DNA from: Takakia lepidozioides
Taxonomy: Eukaryota; Plantae; Bryophyta
DNA length: 64,000 nucleotides
Reading direction: 5' to 3'
Assembly (NCBI GenBank): GCA_030704615.1
Contig: CM060733.1
Location: 8,556,001-8,620,000, forward strand
The notes under the pieces are model-generated. The model saw only the letters and a program-made list of their open reading frames with translations. It did no database searches and was not told the origin of the DNA. Made by a program: the position numbers and the translations under genes. Below are positions 23,600 to 37,864 of this stretch, piece by piece; position 1 is the stretch's first letter, and every line of letters starts with the position of its first letter.

Positions 23600-25000
23600 C
23601 TATTGACTTTCAATCCAAAGGCCAGACATAAGAGATTAAGGGCTTCGCGGGCTCTGATGATGTTCAGAGAGTCCTCATTATCCAGAAGCAAGGATGTATC
23701 GTCAGCATACATGGATATTTTAACAGAGGGACCATAATCCAAACAGAGCCCGACAATGTCTCGCCTACAATTGAGGTAGTGCCCCAGGGCATCAGCGCGG
23801 CGTCGATGAGGAAAAGAAAGGGAGCCAGCGGGCATCTTTGGCTCACTAATCTGTGGAGAGGGAAAGATTTGGAGATAGAACCATTGATAATAATCTTGCT
23901 AGATGCAGAGCTAAGCAGTATATGCACCCACCTAGAGAAGGGCTCGGGCATTCCCACTTTAATCAAGACTCTTATGCTCCTTCCTCTGTGGTCCATTCCT
24001 GTAAGTGTACAATTTACTTGAGTGGGCAAATCGGTAGGGCTCCTCTCAGAGCTTCCCGTCACCTCTTCCAAAAGTCATAGTGTGCCTTGGGGTCAGGACC
24101 TTGGCCTCCGTAGGCTGCCTCCAGGTTCCTCCCATACTCTTTTAGGTTTCCAAATCGGTTATGGACTCTCGGATGACGACGACGCTTTGACCCAATTCTT
24201 CAAAAGCTTTGTAAAAAGTTGGCCTTCTAGAGTTCCGCTATGCTGTCCATTGCAGGGCGCATTCTAATTCTTAATTAAGTCCTGCTCGCCTCCATATTTC
24301 TAGCTTCCGTTTGGTTCCCGGGCTCCAAGCTGGTGCCAAAGTGAAATTGTTGATGAGGAATTTTTTGTGGGGCGCCTCTCCTCAAGCTCGGTCAAGAAGC
24401 TAGGCATTGGTCTCATGGACATAACTCTGTAGACCCGAAAAGGAGGGTGGCTTGGGTATTCTGGACCCCGAAAAGCAGATAACGGCCTTGCTTGCAAACT
24501 GGATCACACCCTCCTTCGCTCATGGTACCAGTCCCTGGTGCACCCTAGTAAGATCTCACATGGTTCAAGCCTTTCCCCGCAACTCCCTTTCTTGGGCCCC
24601 TTCCCTGAAATGGCTGGTTCATGGAACTAAGAAAATCTCACTGCGCTGGTTCTTTTGCCTGGAACTCCATCTGGGTTGCTTGGCTTACGTTGAGATCCCA
24701 TCTGACACAAAGAAGAGCCACATGCTTTGAGGAGGCGATTAGACAAATTTTGTTTGGCAACCTCAACCTCGACTCTGACCCCTGGCCACTTTCCACAAGA
24801 AATGGGCTACATGAGAATTATCTAAAAGTCTGGCATGTGGCCAATGTTTGGGAGAATGGGAGTTTCCTAGACCTCCTACTTTTTTCCATGCTTGTTTCTA
24901 GTAATTCCTCTATTCGAAATGGATGGGACCACATTAAGTAGGGAGTCTCCTTTGTTAGGTCTTTACTGTTGAATGGGGGCTGTACTATCAACGATCTTCC
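23600..25000. mobile_element. L1-clade LINE ORF2 fragment with an inverted 5' segment
   Basis: Minus 24000-23600 reads IIINGSISKSFPLHRLVSQRCPLAPFLF / MYADDTSL...FGLKVN. Plus from ~24066 reads SKS...LLGFQIG, LSIAGRILILN, LGILDPEKQITALLANW. It contains frameshifts and stops. Confidence 0.88.
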
Positions 25001-25747
25001 TTGTTGGTTTGGATCTCTGAAAAATCGGTTGATATTGTTTTTTTGGCAATCACTTCCTCTGGTCAGCTTTGGCAGGGAAATAATCTTTTGCTCCTCCCTA
25101 GAAGGAATTCTCTCTCTCTCTCAGAGGCCCTGGCTGTCTAGCCCATGACCAGGCCCTAAGAGTTTCGCATTAGAGTTAATTTAGACTCTCGTACGCCCTC
25201 GAATCAGGCCCTAAGTATTTCTTCCTTTAAAAACTAGGCAAAATTGGTTGCCACAAAGGGTTCTCAAATATAGGAGTGACACTCCCATCAACAAGCCTAA
25301 AACGCCAATGGGCTCTCTTGCTTTGACAAACCATAAGAGGAAGGTGAAGACTAGGGAGCATGACTCAGCACAACATACCAATCGGAGCCTTGACATAATG
25401 TAAGGTCCTTTGACCACATTTTCTCCGTTGACTTCAACATGATGCATAGTCTCTCCCTACGAAAGAGCCAACAAACGAATTAGACCGGTATACACTGGAT
25501 GAAATATTTCGACAGATGAACACCAGCAATTCATTCACTCGGTGACAAGGCTCGAGCAGGAACCAGCAGGAGGTTCAAGAGCTCTGTGAACAGAATAGTG
25601 TTGTGTACCCACGTGTTGCTTTTGCTTCGTCTCAGCACGTTGAGCAGCAATGCAGTAGCCTGCCTTATGTGGCCAGGGCTTGCATGTATTCCATGCATTT
25701 GTCTCTCTCTCAACCTTCTTACTCAACCTGGCACGCAACATTGCACT

Positions 25748-26025
25748 CAGTGTTTTTTAATCTGGCGAAAAATCGCCAGATTTCGACCTGGAAAATGGGT
25801 CAGCTACTTTTACTAAGGAAATACGGGAGTAAAAATTAAAAAAATCGCCAGAAAGCGCCAATGGTTAAATATAGGATCCAGATTTTTCCTACGTGGACCT
25901 GTTAAAATATGACACCTCTAATATAGCAACTTTTCTAACTAGGTCACCTCGTTAGTCTCGCCATATGGGCACTGGGTAGAATCTACATGTCGCCCTGCCT
26001 GCGATTTTGGAAAAGTGAAAACAAT
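25748..26025. mobile_element. MITE-like dispersed repeat (CAGTGTT end), copy 1
   Basis: Shares GCCAGAAAGCGC...TACGT...CACTGGG...TACATGT.GCCC...ATTTTGGAAAA.TGAAAA with 37725-37864. Confidence 0.6.
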
Positions 26026-27528
26026 TGCACTACACACAACTCACAGCATCTCCACTAGCTACCTCTACTATCCCTCACTCACTCTTCATTCTTTTGACTT
26101 TGCACCCTCTCATAATACCTAGTGTAAAAGGTCAAACCTGCCCTGGAGGAATTTTCGAATTTTCCACAGCATTTTATTTGACGGAATTTGTTATCTTTGT
26201 AATTCAACGAACGTCCCTGGCCGGGAGATTCCCCCGATTGGCGGCAAATGTCTCCCACTTTTGGACGGTACCCGAAGATTCCTCCGCCCCCAAATTTCCC
26301 AGTGCAGCTCTCACAATTTAGGAAGGGCTAAGAAACCCGTAATACTTCCGTTAAATTTGACCATATCAAATTTCAAAATTCAAACAAGTCTTTACGAACC
26401 GTCCGATCAGCCCAATTTGGGTGATCACAGAGCTTTCAAAATGTGGTATATTCTTTCATTCGTTCAACACTATCTACCTCGGCGCTCGTCCAACTAACAA
26501 TAACCGCCACGTCCATCCAACTGAGTGAGAAGTTAGAACTTCTTCATTCATCCGCACGAAGGCCGCCACGCACTACACAATTGTCAACCCTAGTTATCAC
26601 TCGCACGGTCGGCAGTTCGACCCTCTCTCGCTTACGCGGAAAGATTTATTAGCGTCATTTAATCTCGATAATCTGCGTGCCATTACGCGGTTGCGAGTTA
26701 GGAGGCCGGAGGTGGTGGGAGAGACGGCTGGCCTGCGCAATGAATGAGCGGCAGAGCCGGGCGGCGGTGGAACGTTCGGGAGGGCAGCGGGGCGTGAATG
26801 CAGCGAGGCGGTAACAGTTAAGCGCAGCGTGTGCAGTAGGTGCCGCTCCGCTGCCCCCCAACACCTGGCCCTTCCTTCCCTGCCCGGATTAGCACGCCGC
26901 TCTGCGACAATGGGCACCAAGGTTTCCCGGGATTAGGCTGCCATCCTACAACCGAGGGGCTCGGAGCGAGCTTTAAAGCAGCGCGCTCTAGCTAGGCGTG
27001 AGTAGCTGCTCCATCTGCTAAGCTCCATCTCCACAGCATTGTTCAAAGGATCAGACGTTCTGCGAACTGATTTCCTTTCCCGAGCTGCTGTTTGTGTGTT
27101 GTTAGTTTTCGTGTGTGAAAGCTGAAGAGCTGCGTTGTGGGAGAGGTGAAGCTGTCTCTGTTAGGCTTACTCTGTAGTACATAAAGACGGGTTGGCAGTA
27201 GATAGTTGATACACACCTCTTTTTGTGACATTGTTCGATTAGAATAGAGGCCGGCATTGTGAGATAGCCTTGTTGTCCGGCATTGTAGAAAGCACACTTG
27301 AGTCTGGTACGGGTTTATATAGGACGTGCTCCTATTTACGGAAGTGTTTCGTGGTGTACGTGAAAGGAGGTTTCTAGAGGGAATTTTCAAGCGTTTCTGT
27401 GTTGGTTGTGTTCGGTAGGGTGTGACTGTGTTGGGCATTTTTTACTTGCTCGAGTTCGGAAGTGTTGCCAGTAAGCCAGTGAGGCGGTTGGCTGTTGAGG
27501 GGATTTTGAGAATACTCGGAGTACAACG

Positions 27529-29124
27529 ATGGGGGGGGGCAGGGATGGGAAGAGCTCTAGAATGGAGATGGGTACCAAGGGTGGAGCTGCAGGAACTGGG
27601 AATGGGGGTGGAGGGCCAGCCATTGCGATCAAGATTAGACAAAGGTTGCCAGACTTTCTGCAGTCTGTGAACCTCAAGTACGTGAAGTTGGGTTATCACT
27701 ATGTGATCACACATGCTATGTTCCTCTTAATGGTACCTGCCTTGATGTTGGTCGCTGCTGAGATACGCAGACTTGGTCAAGAAGACATTGGGCAGCTATG
27801 GGAGCATTTGCAGTTCAATCTACTGAGTGTGTTGGCGTGTTCAGGAGCGCTGGTTTTTGGTGGCACTCTGTATTTTATGTCCAGGCCTAAGCCGGTTTAC
27901 TTGGTGGACTTCGCTTGTTATAAGCCTGAAGATGAACGGAAGTGCACCAAGGAACTTTTTATGGAGCGGTCGGCAGATGCAGGTGTGTTCAATGATCGCA
28001 GCTTGGACTTCCAGAAGAAGATCATCGAGAGATCAGGTCTGGGGCAGGATACTTACCTTCCCCGCGCAGTTCTCAGCATGCCGCCTAATCCATGCATGAA
28101 AGAAGCGCGGTTGGAGGCGGAGCAGGTGATGTTTGGTGCCCTGGATGAGCTCTTCGAGAAGACCGGGGTTAAGCCCAAGGACATAGGGGTCCTGGTTGTG
28201 AACTGCAGTTTGTTTAACCCAACACCCTCGCTCTCCTCCATGATCGTCAACCACTACAGAATGAGAGGGAACATTGTCAGCCTCAATCTCGGGGGCATGG
28301 GATGTAGTGCTGGTGTTATAGCAATTGATCTTGCCAAGGATTTACTGCAGGTGCACAGAAATTCGTACGCCATTGTTGTCTCCATGGAGAATATAACTCT
28401 CAACTGGTATTTCGGCAATGACCGATCGAAGTTGGTGTCGAACTGCATATTTCGCATGGGAGGCGCCGCCATTCTTCTTTCGAACAAGAGAAGAGAGAGG
28501 AGAAGGGCCAAGTATGAGCTGGTGCACACGGTTAGAACTCACAAGGGGGCAGACGACAAGTGTTTTCAGTGCGTGTTCCAAGAAGAAGACGAGACTGGCT
28601 CTATGGGAGTTTCCCTTTCTAGGGACTTGATGGGTGTTGCAGGGGATGCTCTCAAGGCAAATATCACCACTCTTGGGCCGCTCGTTCTTCCTCTCTCCGA
28701 ACAGATCCTCTTCTTTGCCACTTTGGTTGGTCGCAAGGTATTCAACATGAAGATCAAGCCTTACATCCCCGATTTTAAACTTGCATTCGAACATTTCTGC
28801 ATTCACGCAGGAGGGAGGGCTGTGCTGGACGAGATGGAGAAGAACTTGCAGCTGACCGAATGGCACATGGAACCTTCGAGAATGACGCTCTACAGATTTG
28901 GAAATACTTCTAGCAGCTCACCATGGTACGAGTTAGCCTACACAGAGGCCAAGGGGAGGGTGAGACGAGGCGACCGGCTGTGGCAGATAGCGTTCGGTTC
29001 GGGATTTAAGTGCAACAGTGCTGTGTGGCGGGCCCTCCGAACAGTCAAGCCCCCTACACAGAACCCATGGTCAGATTGCATTCATAAATTTCCCGTCAAG
29101 GTACCTGCCTTTACGAGTTTATAA
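27529..29124 (+). CDS. 3-ketoacyl-CoA synthase (FAE1/KCS family, KCS4/9-like), intronless CDS
   Basis: 531-aa ORF with [20 protein letters not shown]-terminal TM helices and catalytic [23 protein letters not shown] and GSGFKCNS. The true start may be the ATG at 27562. Confidence 0.97.
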   Translation: MGGGRDGKSSRMEMGTKGGAAGTGNGGGGPAIAIKIRQRLPDFLQSVNLKYVKLGYHYVITHAMFLLMVPALMLVAAEIRRLGQEDIGQLWEHLQFNLLSVLACSGALVFGGTLYFMSRPKPVYLVDFACYKPEDERKCTKELFMERSADAGVFNDRSLDFQKKIIERSGLGQDTYLPRAVLSMPPNPCMKEARLEAEQVMFGALDELFEKTGVKPKDIGVLVVNCSLFNPTPSLSSMIVNHYRMRGNIVSLNLGGMGCSAGVIAIDLAKDLLQVHRNSYAIVVSMENITLNWYFGNDRSKLVSNCIFRMGGAAILLSNKRRERRRAKYELVHTVRTHKGADDKCFQCVFQEEDETGSMGVSLSRDLMGVAGDALKANITTLGPLVLPLSEQILFFATLVGRKVFNMKIKPYIPDFKLAFEHFCIHAGGRAVLDEMEKNLQLTEWHMEPSRMTLYRFGNTSSSSPWYELAYTEAKGRVRRGDRLWQIAFGSGFKCNSAVWRALRTVKPPTQNPWSDCIHKFPVKVPAFTSL

Positions 29125-30813
29125 ATTCATGTGGGGCCAACGTGCTTGACTGGCTGCTCGGAATTGTAGATATGAAGCAAAATGAGATCCAAAATGAGGT
29201 CAATTTTGCTTCCATGTCTGATTCAACTTAAGAGCGTTGAATTCAACGCAGCAGAGCTCCAAAAATGCTCGGAGGTGATGAGGTCTATCACTGAGCTTGT
29301 AGATGATAGTTATGTACTGTAAATCATTCCACTGTTTAAACAGTGGCCCAAGCATTCACATTGAAATCTTCTGTTACAGTACCACTCTTAACTGAAGTGA
29401 CTCCTTTCTGGTAGTCTTCCTGGATTTTGATTACTTTCCTTTTTAGTAGTAGAGTGGGTGAATGGCCTCTGTTGATATATGTTTCTCAGTAGTGTCGTTA
29501 CTTGAGAGATCGAAAGTTGCTAGTGACAAATTTCACTACCATGATAAATTGCAGCCTTGGCTTGCACCAAGATAGTTTTCACACACCCCTCAATCTCCCA
29601 CCATTCTTGACCTTGTAGTAAGATGAATGTCACCAAAATTCTCAATTCAATGAAGTTGGAGGGATTGTAAATGAGTTTAGAGCTGCAGCAGAGATCCAAG
29701 CTCTCTGGAGGTCTGGACATATATTTGTGCTTGTTCATAAGCAATTTTTGGCAAAGAGTTGTACAAATTGTAGTTGCCGTATTCCAATCTTGTCTGAAAC
29801 TTTGTTTTACCATTTATTACAATAGAGCTGTGATCAAGGATGGTACTTTCGCGCAGTGCACAAGCAGCCACAAAGAGCCCGCCCTCTCCCCCTGTAAGGG
29901 ACCGTGCTTCACACCTGATTGGATAACAAAATCTGACTTCAAGCTTTGACTACCCTTTGAAGACCTTCCTTTATCAGACTCCAGCTATTTAATCTGCCAA
30001 TTGATGCTCATTCTTTGGATTTTTATTCAGAAGCATTCTACTTAAGTTGTTCCTTGTTCCTGATAGTGTGCAACCAGTTCGACATACACAGTTGTAAAAC
30101 ATTGCATGGCTCCCCAGCAGACTTGGCACTTGAACTATACAATGTCTTTGAACCCTCTTGCACCACTTTATGACCCTTGGTATATGGTTTATGCAATGAT
30201 TTGACAAACATTGCATGCATGTTATGAGCTAACTACCCATGTTAACTATGTAAAACATAGCAAACATCCCTAAAGTGTGCAGCATGTGAGAATAATGATG
30301 CTCTTCATATGGAGAGGTGTCATAATAGATGAACTTTAGTGACAGTGATAACAACTGGTTGTTGATACAATGTATACTTGTACAACAGCTATGGGCGTAT
30401 TGCTACTCAACAAATGGTCCTCTGAGTCTGGAATTAACATTGCAACCCCTAAAAGTCCTGTTCTGATGAGAACAGGATCATGAACTGACCCGCACAGAAG
30501 ACCTTACGGAACCAACCCTATAGGTCGAAGAACTCTACAGATGGTGTTTCCCCTGGGTTTGCCCTCCTTCAAGATGGATAGTGACAATCTGTGATGCAAA
30601 CATGGTTATTCCTCAACGTAAATAACGTGTTGATCTTCAGCTAGTGATCTTCAGCTAGTATTGGCGTTGCTCTTCTCTTTTCTCTTTTCTCAATACAGTG
30701 GAAAGCAGTGTGTAGAAAACCCTTAGTACCAAAATGGTTCAACTATAAATTAGAGTGAAGAAGTACCAAGTGAAAGATCTCTCTGACATTGAAGTTAGGA
30801 AGGAAAGAGATGG

Positions 30814-33800
30814 TTATCTGCCTTGGACTAGGCCACTGAAGATCTGACTGCTCCCACCCAAGGTGGCTTCCCATTCCAAGGATGTAAGCAATGTTTGGGA
30901 AAGAGAATAAACAAGGTGCTTCATGTCCGGCCTGATCATTGGGTCCTCTTCTACGCATGCTTTTGCCAGCATTGCTACCTGCAGACACGAGAGTCATAGT
31001 TCAATGTGAGCAGTGTGATCAGTTCAAGAGTGATCACACTGATATTATATCCTGTGTGATCAGTGTGAATAAATTCTTAAGTGTCTTCAGCAGGCACTTT
31101 GTCAGAAGGTGATGTTCGAAATCTTTTGATGTGATCTTCTTGTTGCTCTGTTTTGCTCCATGGGCCCCATTGATGTTGTTGAGTCTCTCCCATTCTTTTT
31201 ACTTATCTTCTGTCTTCTCTAGCTCTCATTCTACTTATGCGATGCCTAATACAACATTTTGGGGCAGAGTGATGTCTCTTTACAAATTTTCCCATGGCCT
31301 CTACAGCAATGAGTGCCTTGCTTGTCTCCCTGCAAGAGGCATTCCACACTCTGGCCACGTTTGTTTCATACCCTATGACACTGTTTTGTCACTCTGCCTG
31401 GTTCAGTTTCATTCCATCTCCTTGGCTCTGTGGACCATGAGCCATTGCAGCCCTCTGTGGACCTTACAAAATTGTTGTGGGTGGTACTATGCTCACTTAA
31501 GGCCTCTTTGGATGCATATTCTGTTGGCCTGCATGATTATGCACTATGGGTAGTACTAGAATTTTTCAGTTTTGAAGGGAATCAAATGCACCTTGTAGAC
31601 ACAGTCAAGAGGGAAGCTGTTGCCGAGCTCAGGGTCCACCATCCCCCTCACCACCTCCACTGTAGGGTCCTTCAGTGCTCTGGACATCTAAGGCAGCCCA
31701 TAAGAAAGACATGTACACTGACGGTCAGTCAAACAATGGAAGGGTGAGTGATGGGCCTAAGCTGATTATCTTGTACAAGATGCAGAGCTGCAGCAGGGCA
31801 TTGCCATACTCACCCTGTGCTGCCTATTTCAGATAGCCCCTATGGCTTGGAGGGTGGGACTCATTCTGCTTTTGCAACATGAACTCCTTCCACCCTCCAG
31901 ACTGTGTGAGTGATGTAATGCGGCAGGACATAGATGCCCCTTGAATCCTTTCCTTCGAACATTGTGGAAGGATCCAGACTGAAGATTGTTGTCAAACACG
32001 ACACTTACCCGTGAAACAAGGGACCGTCTATCCTGGAGGTTTAATTCGCCCCCATTGCTCTTGGTCCGTGTGATTGCCTCATCACCAGTTATAAGCTCCA
32101 TCAACACCACACCAAATGCATAGACGTCACTCTTGCTTGTGGCCTGCCCATCCCTTACATACCTGGCCATTGAGAAGAAATAAGGGTCAATTTCAACCAA
32201 GAGGAGGTTGCAATAGAACTGTATACTGGACTCTGACCAACAGGGAAATGAGCTCGGCTTCCCGGAAAGAAGGAAACTCACTCAGGTGCTAGGTAGCCAA
32301 AAGTTCCAACCACTCTGGTTGGCGTCTGGCCCCCAGCGTCTCCTGCTTGCTCTACCAGCTTTGCCAACCCAAAATCTGACACCTGGGAAACAACAGCCAG
32401 TCGAAAATGTCAGGAAACCTGGGCTGCTTCTGTCTCCCTCTTTGTGGTTTTTTTTCTATTTCTTGTTTCTTGTTTCCTTTGTCCCATAAACTCATTGAGC
32501 TTTCTGCTGACGTTATAAAGTACCATTCATTTCTCTCTCTCTCTTTCCCCCTTGAAGTAAAAATACCCTTCTGTGTCTTATGATTGTTACCCATACTGAT
32601 CATGTCTTCTTAGCTAGCCCCCCACCCTGCCCCCTCCCTATCACATTGTGTCAGACGAACACCTTAGCACGGAAGAGGCCATCGAGCAGAATGTTGGAGG
32701 TCTTGACATCACGGTGGACATAGTGGGCCTTGGTGTGATCGTGGATGTACTCCAGCCCCCTCGCTGCATCCAAGGCTATCTGCACTCTGCCTGACCACGG
32801 TAATGGCAGATGCCCTTCACCCACATGACAAGAACACACCATGCTTCAGATTACTGTTGCTGTAGCACTCCTGTTCAAATCAAACTCTCTTTTGCATGAT
32901 ACCCAATGTCTGCTCAAGCTTGGAATCAATGGTTGCTTCAACCACTCTCCTCCAAACGAAGTGGGGACCTATCATGTGAAAATACGAGTGGAGTCGTTGG
33001 GGTCATTACCATTTGCAGCAGCGTTATGAAGACGATCGCTGAGAGCTCCATTCTCAACAAACTCGTAAACCAGGAACAGACTGGTCTCACCTGCCGAATA
33101 TCCGATCAACTCCACCTACACCAACCCATGGACTATCAAATGATTGACCTCAAGAGTTCGAGGTGTTGAAGGTTGCTAGGTTCATCGACAGCTATTGAAG
33201 AAGACCTTTGCTACCATGCATACATTTTGATGGGGACATACTATACAACGTGCATTAAGAGTGAGTCAGGGCACTCAACTGTCATCTACTTTGAGCAATG
33301 ACCCGTTTTGGACACATTGAGCCTTGCGCTTACCAGGTTGGTATGGTGCACTTTGCAGAGGACCTTCAGTTCAGCCACAAACTCCTTTGCCTTGGTGTCC
33401 TTCATTTGCTTGATTGCCACCTTCTGCACCGCATGAAGTTGTTTTCACTGTGAGCGTACTGGTCAGTGCTGACATTGTTATCAGCCTGACATAAATTGAA
33501 ACCCCTTGCAGGACGTGAAAGCGAGAAAGATGGCTGCTCAATTCCCTCAATCGGGTGCACTCAACATGAGGTTTGCTTGCCAACGTCTGTCTCTATGAAC
33601 CCTCCATGCATAGAGAGACCGAGCGTGATTACACCCAAAAGTGCACTGACATCCCTGTTGGGCTAAAAAGAAAAAAGCTGCAGCACCGACAATGTGATAG
33701 CTCACCAACACGGGTGAACACACCATATTAAGACAACTCTTATATCAATTGACATCGGTCATTGGGAAAGAGAAGAAGACACCCACCTGATTCCTGAGCT

Positions 33801-35483
33801 TGGCCGAGAAAACCAGACCGAAAGCGCCCTGCCCCACCTTATGAGCTTCATTGAAATTATCCGTAGCCTCCAAGATTTCTTCATAGTTAAAAACCACGGG
33901 CTTCTCTGAATCAAATACTGTGATCATAGCTTCTGCAAGAGAGACACACATTTTCTACGCATGAGATCAGCTCTGTTAGAAAGCTAAGATACAAGTTGTA
34001 CTTTGGACATGAACATTCCTTACTGAAGAACTACTCCAACCCGTTGGATATGACGTCAACTGATGCTCAGCACGAATAAGTTACTGAGTGAATTGCGAGT
34101 CACATCGATCTTAAGAACTGTTATGATTTCGAGACGAAGCATCTTCTAGCGATTAGCTTCTTGAATGTGAACTGCTGGAATCCCATTTCTTCGAGGATAA
34201 TTAACTCCATGCAACTCAGTGCCCAAGGAAGTTTGCAAGATCAAGACCTCTAGGCAAAGCGGTGTTGCCCTTGACGGCATTGTTCCCACTGCCTCTGTTT
34301 TGACTGTACTGACCAACGCAGTTTCTCCAATTCGAGAAGGACAGACCGGACTGAGAGCCCTTGGACGGCAGAGAGCCTCTGGACGAGCCTAATGAGTATG
34401 AGATGTCCTGACTGCCAGCAGGGGGGGTTACTCTCTGAATCCCATATTCACGGTCACCGCTAAAGTGCAACAAAATCCTCCACCGAAGGCAGCAGGCGCC
34501 CACCAGGAGCGCTACTAGGACAATCAGTGCGGCGGCCACGATCCCCAATACCATGCCCAAGTTAGTTGATGATTTTTTGCTCGAACTGCTTGCAGGTGTA
34601 CTCGGTGATCCTGGACTGCTTCCAGGGTCGGAGGGGCCTCCATTTCCTGATGAATTGGTGGCTGCAAGAGGGCAGAGATTTCATGCTCAGTGACATTCAT
34701 GGATCTAAAGTCCCTCTGAAAGTTGTTCTGCTGTTAGTACTGGAGATGCCTGAATCTAGTAAGTACTTCATGAATAATGTCTACATGTGCGGCATGGTCA
34801 CCCGACAGAAATCAAGGAGGGCTCATGAATGAGTTTCCACACTTACCGATAGAGTTGCGAGGGATGAACAAGGCCTCGCCAACATCAATCATGTTTGGAT
34901 TCACGATGTTGCTGAGCTTCTGTACCAGGGCTAAGCTTGATTGGAATTCGTTTGTCACAATGCTCAGAGTATCGTTGGCTTTCACAGAGTACGACAACAA
35001 GTTGCTCCATCCTGCAGGAGGACACCCGCAGAGCAGGTAGATGGTAATTGGCTGGTTCGGTTTCAAGGAGTCGGTGTTACAAGAAACACATGCCAAGCTG
35101 CCGAAATACACTTGTGATATGCCCGCGATCCCAGCTGTATCGCCAGCTTGGACCACATAAGATGTTTGAGCTAGATATGATCCCTGACGGCACGTACAAG
35201 TCACTGGCACATAGAAAACCTTAGCTCCTGACTGTGCATCAACGTCGCTATGAACGTCTGCGGGGTTCGACACATTGAAGAGAGTGGCCACATCATTCTG
35301 TGTTTGGCTTGAACCAGCTTGGCGGTAGTACAGTGAGGCTGTTGTACATGAGGGCGCGTCCTTATAGGTGCAAGGCATAGGAGTCCCTACAATATCACAC
35401 AATACTAGCTCGGCAGCTACCACCAGCGTCAAGCACAAGAGTACTTGCCAACCTCCAAGATCACCACTCCTCACCATTTCCAC
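30814..35483 (-). CDS. LysM receptor-like kinase, AtLYK3-like clade, 10 exons
   Basis: Exons 35483-34847 (signal peptide, LysM ectodomain with CTC and CGC), 34661-34248 (TM), 33932-33787 (GQGAFG), 33423-33334 (VAIK), 33115-33010, 32814-32663 (HRDVKTSN), 32382-32282 ([12 protein letters not shown]), 32162-32009, 31687-31592 and 30978-30814, ending [20 protein letters not shown], an LYK3-type C-terminus. Confidence 0.92.
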
Positions 35484-36601
35484 CTATTTGTCACTATAAT
35501 CCGCTGCACCCTCTCGATTTTGTTGCACACCTGCACCACCTGCCCACTTGCGAAGAGCCTCCAAACTGACTACTTCCCTGCAAATCTCGCAGCGACCCTG
35601 TATTTCCGGTGGAAATTCTACAGAATCTCTCCCTCTCTCGCGGGAAAGTCATAAAGCTGTGCTGGCCCAGATCTCCAATGTCTGTACTTTCCTAGCTGTC
35701 TCGAGTCCATAACCATGCATTTGGCAATACGACCAACCAGACGTATACCTACATATGCAGCTTCGCTGATTCCAACCTGTCCTTCATGCCTGCAACAACA
35801 TAGAGACACTTCGTTTGTCCATGGATGCACCATCTCCAGCTGCCGTATGGTGTGACAATAAAACGTACGATCGGGCTTCCACACCACCATTCTCAAAACT
35901 AGGCATTATTAACGTCCGGAGTAGGAAAAGAACATAATCTCTGAACACGTCTGTCCCTCGATTCCTCGGTAGCTGACCAACTTTCCACCCTCGTAAACTG
36001 TCTTAAGTCACGTACATGGGGACTCAGACCAAAGTTGAGACTGGCATGAGGTCACAAGCGCTTGATATACCACCATAGGGACGGATGGTGCGATGAGTTG
36101 GAAATCGTCTAACTAACTGCACGCACACATACAAGATGGGGGCTACAATATGAGACAGGAAACACTCAGCTCCCAAAAACAAAGCTCAACCGGCAGAAAC
36201 ACGCCCCCAGATAGAAGGAGAACACTGTAGATGCTTCTAAAATCGCCTAGCAAACAACAGTGGAACGCTTGTGTGTGTGGAGATCCACACAAGTAGAACA
36301 GCTCAGAGTGCAGACGAAGACGTCGCTGGTGCGAGGAAGGTGACGATAATACAGATCCGCTTACCCTTAAGTTAACCCAACTCCATTACTACTAATCTAT
36401 CACTGATCTCATCTCTAATCAGTTTTCTGCCAAACAAATTTTGGTCTGCAATATTAGTCACAAATAAATTACAGATTAAAAGACAATTACAAATCCATGG
36501 CAATGACAAACTTTACACAATCGATCCGTCAGAAAAAAAAAAAAAAAAAAAAACAAACAGTTAGAGTAATTTAAAAAAACATTTAAGAAAAAACAGAATA
36601 G

Positions 36602-37495
36602 GGGGTTTGTAGCCCTGATGAAATTTTATTAATAATTTTTATTAACATTTTTCCTTAAAAACAGGGGGATTGATCATTGTAGCCCTGATTAATTTTATTA
36701 CTGAAATATTGGGGGCTGAGAGCCCTTACAACTTATTTGGGTTTATTCGGGGAAAAAAATAAAAAACCCTCTTACGCCATAAGGCACACACACCGTAGTG
36801 ACTAGTCAACATTTTTATATTTAGAAGAAAACCTAATCTAAGAAAAATTAATAACTTTAACAATATATTTTCTCTTATCAGTAAGGTGGCCTCCGGCGAG
36901 CCCCTTCTTCGAAGAGCATAATAATATATATGTCCTCGTCGCTATCGCCCTCCTTGTACTTTCCTTTGGAGCTTTACCTTTGTCGTAATTTTATGACTCA
37001 ATATTAAATTACTTTCCTCAGAGACAATAGCTACATTCAATACAAATATATATATATATATATATATAGATCATTTTGTCCTCTTTTACCATTTGCTCTT
37101 TGGTCTATTAAAAATCTGGCTATGAAAAATTATTGAACTTTCCTGGGAGGTTCTTTGATTCAGCTACAAACCCCTGGAGGTTATCAAGAAGGTATATGGA
37201 TATAGAACCGTAGTTCCCAAAAAAACAAAGAACCAGCGAAGGCTCATAACCGCTGGTTGCATAGTTTTGAAATAACCAGCCTAGAAACCGTCAAAGATCC
37301 GCCAAAGACCTGCCGGTTATTTGGTTATTTGATAAAAGTCATTGATTCTTTGAGGTTCTTACAATTAACGAGAACAGGTGATTCTTTCCATAAGAACCTT
37401 ATGAAAAAACCGGAACCAAAGGTTATTTGATTCTAAGATTTTGTAAAACCTGGAACCAGAGTTATGAAAGAAATCGTATAACCGCCCAACAATGG
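36602..37495. mobile_element. AT-rich MITE-like element(s)
   Basis: 12-bp inverted ends GGGGTTTGTAGC (36602) / GCTACAAACCCC (~37163-37174). An adjacent GAACC/GGTT-rich remnant ends ATAACCGCCCAACAATGG. Confidence 0.45.
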
Positions 37496-37665
37496 ATTGA
37501 ACCTTCCACCAAAGACCGTGTTGAAGGGAAGCTTGCATGTGGACCCTTGTTTAGGAGAGATAAGACTCCGGCCAAAACTGGCGTAAGTCCTCGCCAACGG
37601 GTTCCACAATACTAATAATTGTAATAATCTCTCAAACCATAGTGCTAATAAGTCTGATTTGAACC

Positions 37666-37864
37666 GGTGTTTTGGGTCAACGACTTGTACAAAGGAGTTA
37701 TGGGGGGGTAAAAATCAATAAATTTGCCAGAAAGCGCTCATAGTTGAACATCAGGAGCCTGATTTGGCATACGTAAAACGTGCCACCTGTTATATAGCCA
37801 CTGGGGTTGAATATTTACATGTAGCCCCTGTAGCAATTTTGGAAAAATGAAAAACAAAACACTG
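37666..37864. mobile_element. MITE-like dispersed repeat, copy 2
   Basis: Ends CGGTGTTTTG / CAAAACACTG, with internal homology to 25846-26025. Confidence 0.55.
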
